From NCBI GenBank assembly GCA_963713825.1, contig CAVQNG010000003.1:1728001-1792000 (forward strand): 64,000 nucleotides of DNA, in the 5' to 3' direction. The stretch is from an uncultured Acidobacteriota bacterium (GTDB lineage Bacteria > Acidobacteriota > Thermoanaerobaculia > Multivoradales > JAHEKO01). Below are positions 57,165-64,000 of this stretch, in pieces (within the stretch, counting starts at the first letter, position 1; every line of letters begins with the position of its first letter). Made by a program: the position numbers and the translations under genes. The notes under the pieces are model-generated. The model searched no databases. It saw nothing but the letters and a program-made list of their open reading frames with translations, and had not been told where the DNA came from.

Positions 57165-59795
57165 TCACTCCTGGCGGAGAACGTCGATCGGACTGACTCG
57201 CGTGGCTCTCCACGCCGGCAGGAAGCAGGCGGAGGCCGCCACGAGAGCAAGGATCAGGACTGTGCCTAGATAGGAGGCTACGCTAACCGTTTGCGCCTCG
57301 AACGGCAGCCGCTCGAGGGCTAGAGTCACCAGCAGGGCCCCGGCCGCACCAAGGAGAAGTCCGAACCCCACCAGGATCAAGCCCCGTTTCAAGACCATCC
57401 GGAGTAGGTTGCCTCGGGTTGCACCCATGGCCAGGCGAATGCCGATCTCGTTGAGGCGTTGATTGACGGAATGCGCGAGCAGTCCGTACAGGCCGATCGC
57501 CGCGAGCGCCAACGCGATCGCCGAGAAGACGCCGGACGAAAGCGTTACGACCTGGAAGCCCGCCATCGATCGGTCGACGACGGATTGCAGGCTCGTCGGA
57601 TCGGCGAACAGCACGTCCTCGTCCATCTCTCTCACGATCTGGCTGATGGGTTCCTCGAATAGCAGGGGGTTGTCCGCAGTGCGGACAGCAAGCTGCATTT
57701 GCCGGGGAGCGAGCTGGAAGGTGCTCATGTACATCGCCGGATCAGGACCGAGGAAGACCTGATTGACCCGTGCGTCGGCCACCACACCGATCACCTCGTG
57801 CGGAGGCCACTCGGTGGAGCCGACAACAACGGTCTCACCGAGGGGGTTACGGCCCGGGAACAGCTTCCGAGCGACGCTCTCGGTGATCACCAGGACCCGC
57901 GGAGAGTCCCTGTCATCCGTAGTGGCGATATCCCTTCCTTGCAGCAATGGCATTTCCATCGTTTGGAAGTAGCCAGGAGGGACCCACCTCGCCATCGCCG
58001 ACTGGAGGTCGTTGTGTTGGGGCCTTTCTTGGCCGGCGGGCCAGACGGCCCAGTTCTGCCATGGGCTGGCGATCGGCAGCTTATTGATCATGCTCGCCGA
58101 CTCGACTCCGGGAACGGCCTCGATCTGATCGAGCAGTGATGCGAAGAACTGGTTTCGTTCCTCGTGCGACGGATACTTGGCTTCCGGGATGCTGACCGAG
58201 CCGGTGAGCAGGTTGGCGGACTCGAATCCCAGATCGGTGGTAACGAGCTTGACCAGGTTGCTGATGAGCAGTGCCGAGCCGACCAGGAGAAGGGTGGAGA
58301 CTGCTACTTGGACAATCACGAGGCCGCCCCACAGCCGACTGCTGCGTGCGTCTTGGGACAGCTGCCGCCCCGACTTCAGATAGAGACTGGGGTCTACCGC
58401 GGTCGCCCTCAGGGCCGGAACCACCCCGACGAGTACTCCCGTCGCGAGCGACAGGAGGAGGGCGAACAGAAGAGCACCATGGTCGATGCTGGAGCCTTCG
58501 ATTCCCAGCTCGCCGACCGGGAGCGCTCTCAGGAGAAACCGATGGAGCCCGAACGCCACACCGATCCCCGCCAGGCCCGCCAACAGCGAGACGATGACGC
58601 TCTCGGTCATCAGTTGGCGGATCAAGCGCCGGCGAGGAGCGCCCAACGCAATCCGCGTAGCGATCTCCGGCAGGCGTCGGTGGCCACGGGCCAGCAGGAG
58701 GCCAGCGACGTTGCTGCTGGCGATGAGGAGCACCAGAACTCCGGTCGCCATGAGCATGAGCAGACTGAGGCGGACCCTGGCCACCATGGCGTCGTGAAGG
58801 CCTGTGAGCGCCAGACCCTTGCTCTCGTTGCTGACGGGATGCTGCTCCTCCAAGCTGCGGGAGATCGCGTCCACTTCCTGTTGAGCCTGCCGCAGTGAGA
58901 CTCCGGGCTGGAGCCGACCGACCAGAAGATGGCTGTGGGAGTCCCGTTGTAGGTCGAACGGGCCATCCCTGTCCACCAAACGCCACAGGTCCACATCGAG
59001 CAGCGCCTGGAAGCCCTCGGGCATGACGCCGACAATTGTCGTGCTCTCTCCGTCGAGCCTCAGGGTCTTGCCTACCGCGCTCGTGGATCCACCGAGGCGG
59101 CCTTGCCAGAATTCGTAGCTGACCAGAGCGACCCCTGCACCGCCCTGATCCTCCTCCTCCATGAATGGCCGACCGACGATCGGGGTCACCCTGAGTGCGG
59201 GGAACAAGTTCCAGGTCACGAAGCCGGTGTCCACAATCTCGGCCTGGCCTTCCCCAGTGAGGGTCTGCTCCATGGTGATGTCGGCCATGGCGGCAAGGTG
59301 CTCGAACGAGCTGCTGAGCTCGAGGTAGTCGTAATAGTCCACCCTGGACACCGCGCCGGCTCGGGTGCCCGCATAGGTCTTGAAGCCGGCCACGAGCTGA
59401 TCGGGATCGGAGTAGGGGATCTGGGTCAGAAGGGCGGCGCTGACGGTGCTGAACAAGGCCGTGGTGGCACCGATGCCGAGTGCGAGGACGAGAACGGCGA
59501 CAAACGTGAAGCCGGGATTCTTGCGCAAGGTCCGGAAAGCGAGGCGGGCGTCTCGGATCAACGTGTCGAGCGCGGCGCCCGCCCTCGTTTCGCGGACCTG
59601 CTCCTTGACCTGCTCGGTGCCTCCGAGCTCGAGGCGCGCCTCACGCAGGGCGTCCTCAGGACTCATTCCCTGCTGGACCTTCTCTTCTACCAGCAGCTCG
59701 AGATAGGCCCGCAGCTCCTCGTCGAGATCTTGATCGAGCTGCTTTCTCTTCGCCAGCGACTGAAACGTGCTCCGGAGCCAGGGTAGGGCGGGCAT
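57165..59795 (-). CDS. Acidobacterial duplicated orphan ABC permease (ADOP; MacB/FtsX domains)
   Basis: DLDEEL..YLE....E....GM...A.R.AR..LGG, LRKNPGF..VAVL.LALGIGA, two EI..R.A(L/M)GA motifs and PA.RATRV.P...LR.E. Confidence 0.92.
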   Translation of the reverse strand: MPALPWLRSTFQSLAKRKQLDQDLDEELRAYLELLVEEKVQQGMSPEDALREARLELGGTEQVKEQVRETRAGAALDTLIRDARLAFRTLRKNPGFTFVAVLVLALGIGATTALFSTVSAALLTQIPYSDPDQLVAGFKTYAGTRAGAVSRVDYYDYLELSSSFEHLAAMADITMEQTLTGEGQAEIVDTGFVTWNLFPALRVTPIVGRPFMEEEDQGGAGVALVSYEFWQGRLGGSTSAVGKTLRLDGESTTIVGVMPEGFQALLDVDLWRLVDRDGPFDLQRDSHSHLLVGRLQPGVSLRQAQQEVDAISRSLEEQHPVSNESKGLALTGLHDAMVARVRLSLLMLMATGVLVLLIASSNVAGLLLARGHRRLPEIATRIALGAPRRRLIRQLMTESVIVSLLAGLAGIGVAFGLHRFLLRALPVGELGIEGSSIDHGALLFALLLSLATGVLVGVVPALRATAVDPSLYLKSGRQLSQDARSSRLWGGLVIVQVAVSTLLLVGSALLISNLVKLVTTDLGFESANLLTGSVSIPEAKYPSHEERNQFFASLLDQIEAVPGVESASMINKLPIASPWQNWAVWPAGQERPQHNDLQSAMARWVPPGYFQTMEMPLLQGRDIATTDDRDSPRVLVITESVARKLFPGRNPLGETVVVGSTEWPPHEVIGVVADARVNQVFLGPDPAMYMSTFQLAPRQMQLAVRTADNPLLFEEPISQIVREMDEDVLFADPTSLQSVVDRSMAGFQVVTLSSGVFSAIALALAAIGLYGLLAHSVNQRLNEIGIRLAMGATRGNLLRMVLKRGLILVGFGLLLGAAGALLVTLALERLPFEAQTVSVASYLGTVLILALVAASACFLPAWRATRVSPIDVLRQE

Positions 59796-59805
59796 GCGAC
59801 TCTCC

Positions 59806-60138
59806 TCAGGAGGCCTCGAGAAGCTTCGTTATGGCAACGACGACCTGGGACCAGTTCTCTTTCTCTTCGCCCAGTCGAAGTCGGCCAGCTCGGGTCAACT
59901 CGTAGTACTTGGCGCGCCGGTTGTTCTCCGACTCACCCCAATCGCCCTGGATCCAGCCGCGCTCCTCGAGGCGATGGAGTGCGGGGAACAGGGACCCGGG
60001 CTTCACCTGGAACACCCCCTCAGTGACCTGGTCGATGCGTCGTGAGATGCCCAGCCCGTGCATGGGCTGGAGTGCCAGCGTCTTCAAGATGAGCATGTCC
60101 AGCGTTCCGCGAAGAAGATCAGCTTTGGTGGCACCCAT
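59806..60138 (-). CDS. PadR-family transcriptional regulator (acidobacterial type)
   Basis: LLRGTLDMLILKTL, MHGLGI..RI, GSLFPALHRLE..GWI...WG.SENNRRAKYY.LT. It lies directly upstream of the ADOP permease. Confidence 0.94.
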   Translation of the reverse strand: MGATKADLLRGTLDMLILKTLALQPMHGLGISRRIDQVTEGVFQVKPGSLFPALHRLEERGWIQGDWGESENNRRAKYYELTRAGRLRLGEEKENWSQVVVAITKLLEAS

Positions 60139-60166
60139 TCGAACCTCCGGACGGTTTGGGTTGGAT

Positions 60167-60198
60167 CTGTTCCTACAGAAAGTCTATACGAGTAACAG
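60167..60198. promoter_or_regulatory. Candidate PadR autoregulatory operator
   Basis: Imperfect palindrome TACAGA-AAG-TCTATA (60174-60188), flanked by CTGTT...AACAG, 30-60 bp upstream of padR. Confidence 0.5.
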
Positions 60199-60285
60199 GT
60201 ATTGATGTTTCACCTGTCATCGGAGATGAAGTTGAAGCGGCGGGCGCCCCTGCGGGCCGTGAGCCGGCCAATCTGGCCTGGAGGT

Positions 60286-60357
60286 GGTTTGGTGGGAGAT
60301 TCCAGGGGGTTCTTGCAGCGGAAGGGAGGAAAGCCCCCTGGGATCTCCCACCAAACC
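60286..60357. repeat. Long inverted repeat (24-bp arms), terminator- or REP-like
   Basis: GGTTTGGTGGGAGATTCCAGGGGG / CCCCCTGGGATCTCCCACCAAACC with one mismatch, 3' of the 60390-61823 gene. Confidence 0.7.
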
Positions 60358-60389
60358 CCGTCTACTACTGTCTCGAGGTTTGAGGCCCC

Positions 60390-61823
60390 TCAGTCTTCGT
60401 CGTCGACCCAGGTCGAGGTGTCGCCCGTCTCGAAGCTGCTGGCGAAGATCACATCGATGCCTTCGGCGAATCCGATATCGACGATTCCGTCGACGACTCG
60501 TGAGCTGTTTTCGATGTCGACGGGGCTGAGGCCGCCGGGAGGATAGTTGTCTCCCATGTTTTCAGCAGGCGAGCCCGCGGTGAGGAAATAGTCGAGATTC
60601 AGGGGGTCCAGGAAGAGCGGATCGACTCCGATAAGGTTGGAGCCGGTGTCCACCGTGCCCGAGGTGGTGAGGTCGGTGCCGTTGCCGTAGGCGATGGTGT
60701 TGTAGATCGCCAGGGTGCTGGAGCCCTCACGGGTCGCGACGATTCCGGTTCCCGGATTGTCGGCGACGGTCAGGTTCACCAGATGGACAGTTCCGTTATC
60801 TTTGGTGGTCACATCCAACCCGCCACCGTCTCCCTGGGCGAGTCCAGAGTCGGTCATTCGGAACGTGTGCGAGCCGGCCTCCGTCGTATAGACCAACTGT
60901 GCAGTTGCGTCGCCTGCAACGACCTCGTTGGCCGCCCAGCCGGTTCGGACTACATGGAGTGTGGCGGCGTTCGAGGTCCTGAGGTATCCACCGCTACCAA
61001 GTGAGGTCCCGGTACCCAAGACGGAGTTCTCGAACACGAAGGTGTCGTAGAACACGCCCTTCGCATCGTCTTCCGAGAAGAGGTAGAGGCCACCACCAGC
61101 GCGTTCGCCTCCGTCACTACCCACCGAGTTTTCGAGAATGTCGCAACCGTCGATCAAGAAGGTCGAGTTGTTGCGGCCATGGATGAAAAGCCCCCCACCT
61201 CTGGCGTTACCCTGATTCCAGGTGCTCGATGTGTTTCCCTGGATCAGGCTCCCGAGGACTTCGAGTCGTTGGGTGCCTCGGAGCAATGCGTAAAGGCCGC
61301 CCCCCTGGGCTGATGGCGACTCTGTCAGGTGATTCTCGACGATCCAGAGGCTTCTCAGCACCACCTTCGCACTGTTGGTGACGTTGTTCGAAAAGACGCG
61401 AACGCCGGCACCATCTCGCGTGCCGTTTGTGAGGGTGAATCCCTCCAGCAGGAACGAACCTCCCTCGATGAGGATATTGATCGCTCTCCCGCTCGCATCC
61501 GCATCGATCACGGTGTGCTCGGGGTCTGGATCTTGGGTCGTAAAGGTCGGATCCCAGCCACCGAGAATCGAGAGACTCCCACTGTCGAAAGTGGCTGGCA
61601 CCTCGAGGTTCTCGGTGTAGGTGAGGTTCTGTTCAACCCGAATCTCTGTGTCGGCGCCGTTGACCACGGCGTCGATTGCGCTCTGAATTGTTGTATAGGT
61701 GGCACCGGGACCGACCTCGAGCACAGTCACCTGCGATGAGGCGAGCGGAGCGATCAGAACCCAGAACGCCAGGGGAGCAAACCACGGTCCGACGACGCGA
61801 GCTGCAGACAAGGAGTGAGCCAT
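60390..61823 (-). CDS. Secreted pectin-lyase-like beta-helix protein with C-terminal IFASSFETGD motif
   Basis: Signal peptide, YTTIQSAIDA, I.GGW...F, repeated GGGL(Y/F) units, DPLF......L..GSPA...G and R.......DIG..E. Confidence 0.8.
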   Translation of the reverse strand: MAHSLSAARVVGPWFAPLAFWVLIAPLASSQVTVLEVGPGATYTTIQSAIDAVVNGADTEIRVEQNLTYTENLEVPATFDSGSLSILGGWDPTFTTQDPDPEHTVIDADASGRAINILIEGGSFLLEGFTLTNGTRDGAGVRVFSNNVTNSAKVVLRSLWIVENHLTESPSAQGGGLYALLRGTQRLEVLGSLIQGNTSSTWNQGNARGGGLFIHGRNNSTFLIDGCDILENSVGSDGGERAGGGLYLFSEDDAKGVFYDTFVFENSVLGTGTSLGSGGYLRTSNAATLHVVRTGWAANEVVAGDATAQLVYTTEAGSHTFRMTDSGLAQGDGGGLDVTTKDNGTVHLVNLTVADNPGTGIVATREGSSTLAIYNTIAYGNGTDLTTSGTVDTGSNLIGVDPLFLDPLNLDYFLTAGSPAENMGDNYPPGGLSPVDIENSSRVVDGIVDIGFAEGIDVIFASSFETGDTSTWVDDED

Positions 61824-61974
61824 GGCAATTCCTCCATCGTGCCATTGTCGAGTACATGTAAAACCCTACTCCTCTGGAAAGCAGGCCGCAACACCCGTTT
61901 CGAAGGTAGAATCTCGGTACTCGGACCAGACAAGGGTGGTTGGCCCCATTTGGCAGGAATCCAGGTAGGACTCG

Positions 61975-64000
61975 ATGATCGGCGAGACCCTCTCTCACTA
62001 TCGGATACTCGACAAGCTCGGCAAGGGTGGGATGGGTGAGGTCTTTCTGGCCGAGGACACCACCCTCAAGCGCAAAGTTGCCCTGAAGGTGCTGCCGCCC
62101 GAGCTCGCGACGAGCCAGGAACGGCTGGAGCGGTTCCAGCGCGAAGCCGAGTCGCTGGCCTCCCTCAACCATCCCAACATCGTCACGATCCACACCGTGG
62201 AAGAGGACGGGGGTGTCCGCTTCCTGACCATGGAGTGGGTGGAGGGCCAGACCCTGGCCGAGCTGGTGGAGAAGGGGGGGCTACCCCTGGAGCGGATCTT
62301 CGAGATCGCCACCCCGCTGGCCGATGCCCTGGCCGTGGCCCACACGAAGGGCGTCGTGCACCGTGACTTGAAACCGGGCAACGTGATGGTGACGGAGGAC
62401 GGCCGGGTCAAGGTCCTCGACTTCGGCCTGGCGAAGCTCCTCGAGGAAGAGCCAGATCTTGTGGCCACCGAGATGGCCACGGAGGCCCTGACCCGGGACG
62501 GCGTCGCCATGGGCACGATCCCGTACATGTCGCCGGAGCAGGTGCAGGGCAAGGCGGTGGATCACCGCTCGGACATCTTCTCGCTGGGCATCGTTCTCTA
62601 CGAGATGTCCACCGGACAGTTGCCCTTCGAAGGTGAGACCTCGGCGGATCTGATCTCCTCGATACTGCGTGACAACCCCGATTCGGTTACCGATCTCCGA
62701 CTGGAGCTGCCTCGCCACTTCGGTCGCATCATTCGCCACTGTCTGGAGAAGGACCCACAGCGCCGGTATCAATCGGCCCTGGATGTTCGCAACGAGATCG
62801 AGGGCCTGCAAAGGGAAGTCGAATCAGGCGAGGTCCCGGTCTCGAGTATGAGTGGAGCGACTCCGGTCGCCGGAGCGGGCGGCAGCCGCAAGTGGCTGGC
62901 ACTCGTGGCCCTGGTGGTCGCCATCGCCGTGATCGGGGGGCTGGTCTGGTGGATGGGTCGGGATGGTGATCCCGAAACGAGCGAGACGGCCGCAGCGCCT
63001 GCCGAGGTCGGTCGCCAGATGATGGTCGTGCTGCCCTTCGAGAACCTCGGAGCGGCCGAGGATGAGTACTTCGCAGCCGGCATGACCGAGGAGATCACCA
63101 CCCGTCTGGCGGCGGTGAGTGGCCTCGGGGTGATCTCTCGCAAGAGTGCCATGCGATACGCGGGCACCGACAAGACCATCCAGCAGATCGGTGATGAGCT
63201 CGGCGTCCAGTATGTCCTCGAAGGGACCGTGCGTTGGGCCAGGAACGACGACGGCAGCCGGGTCCGGATCTCGCCCCAGCTCATCCAGGTCGCGGACGAC
63301 ACGAATCTCTGGGCCGACACCTACGACCGGGTCATCGACGACGTCTTCGAAGTCCAGAGCGAGATCGCTGGTGAGGTGATCCAACAACTCGGCGTTACTC
63401 TTCTCGAGCCCGAGCAAGCCTCGATCGAGGCCAGGCCCACCGAGAACATGGAGGCCTATCAGGCCTACCTGCGGGGCCTCGACCAGACCGGCCATCTGAC
63501 CTATTCCGAAGAACACCGCCTGCTCGAGATCGAGATGTTCGAGCGGGCCGTGGAGCTCGATCCCGAGTTCGCACTGGCCTGGGCGGAGCTGTCGATGGCG
63601 CACTCCGGTCTCATCAACCTCGGGATGGACAAGTCACCCGAGAGGCTGGCTCTTGCCAAGGCGGCCGTCGACCGCGCGCTAGAGCTCGACCCGGACCTTC
63701 CTGATGCTCACCTCGCAATGGCCTACTACTACTACTGGGGCCTACGCGACTATGAGCCGGCGCTCGAGGCCCTCGCCATCGCCGAGAAGAGCATGCCTGA
63801 AGATCAAGATGTCCTGATCGCCAACTTCGCGATCCGTCGGCGCCAGGGTCAGCTGGACAAGTCGCTCGAGTCCGTCGAGAGGGCCTTCGAGCTGAGCCCA
63901 CTCGAAGACGACCTGCCGAGGGAGATCGGTGTCATCCACATGATGAACCGAGATGCCAAAAGGGCCCTAGAGTCCTACGACGAGTCCATCGCGCTGGCCC
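61975..64000 (+). CDS. Hanks-type Ser/Thr kinase with TM helix, TolB-N-like (VLPFENL) domain and TPR repeats; 3'-truncated and absent from the ORF track
   Basis: My translation from ATG 61975 gives MIGETLSHYRILDKLGKGGMGEV, HRDLKPGN, DFGLAK, GTIPYMSPEQ, VLPFENLG...DEYFAAGMTEEI, AYQAYLRG and RAVELDPEFALAW. I saw no stop before the window end. Confidence 0.92.
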   Translation, partial: MIGETLSHYRILDKLGKGGMGEVFLAEDTTLKRKVALKVLPPELATSQERLERFQREAESLASLNHPNIVTIHTVEEDGGVRFLTMEWVEGQTLAELVEKGGLPLERIFEIATPLADALAVAHTKGVVHRDLKPGNVMVTEDGRVKVLDFGLAKLLEEEPDLVATEMATEALTRDGVAMGTIPYMSPEQVQGKAVDHRSDIFSLGIVLYEMSTGQLPFEGETSADLISSILRDNPDSVTDLRLELPRHFGRIIRHCLEKDPQRRYQSALDVRNEIEGLQREVESGEVPVSSMSGATPVAGAGGSRKWLALVALVVAIAVIGGLVWWMGRDGDPETSETAAAPAEVGRQMMVVLPFENLGAAEDEYFAAGMTEEITTRLAAVSGLGVISRKSAMRYAGTDKTIQQIGDELGVQYVLEGTVRWARNDDGSRVRISPQLIQVADDTNLWADTYDRVIDDVFEVQSEIAGEVIQQLGVTLLEPEQASIEARPTENMEAYQAYLRGLDQTGHLTYSEEHRLLEIEMFERAVELDPEFALAWAELSMAHSGLINLGMDKSPERLALAKAAVDRALELDPDLPDAHLAMAYYYYWGLRDYEPALEALAIAEKSMPEDQDVLIANFAIRRRQGQLDKSLESVERAFELSPLEDDLPREIGVIHMMNRDAKRALESYDESIALA

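Overview
GC-rich bacterial window, probably from an Acidobacteriota genome (inferred from an ADOP permease + PadR pair, four Hanks-type kinases and 'IFxDGFESGD'-tailed secreted proteins), rich in secreted peptidases and hydrolases. I found no rRNA, tRNA, CRISPR array or transposase. The standout is a ~16 kb locus at 28098-43875. Its sigma54-driven operon has a correctly spaced -24/-12 box, two candidate enhancer sites and a divergent enhancer-binding protein with a degenerate receiver. It encodes an acidic hypothetical protein, an atypical threonine-synthase-fold PLP enzyme, a DUF1611/DgcN-like protein, a fusion of a MurL-like PP-loop epimerase domain with a creatininase-family amidohydrolase, a tandem USP, an APC permease-USP fusion and a cation-chloride cotransporter. 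A RimB-like protease, a RimK-RCK_C fusion, an AstE/AspA deacylase and a DUF2179 protein flank it. This looks like an undescribed D/L-glutamate (N-acyl or peptidyl glutamate) processing system linked to salt or stress physiology; the function is inferred. Other notable items are a c-di-GMP-I riboswitch ahead of a plant-type subtilase, a 166-bp MITE-like element, a dispersed CCCAGGA-type heptamer repeat that has also inserted in-frame into a kinase, and a short octaheme HAO-like cytochrome. All family calls come from motif recognition by eye, not database searches.
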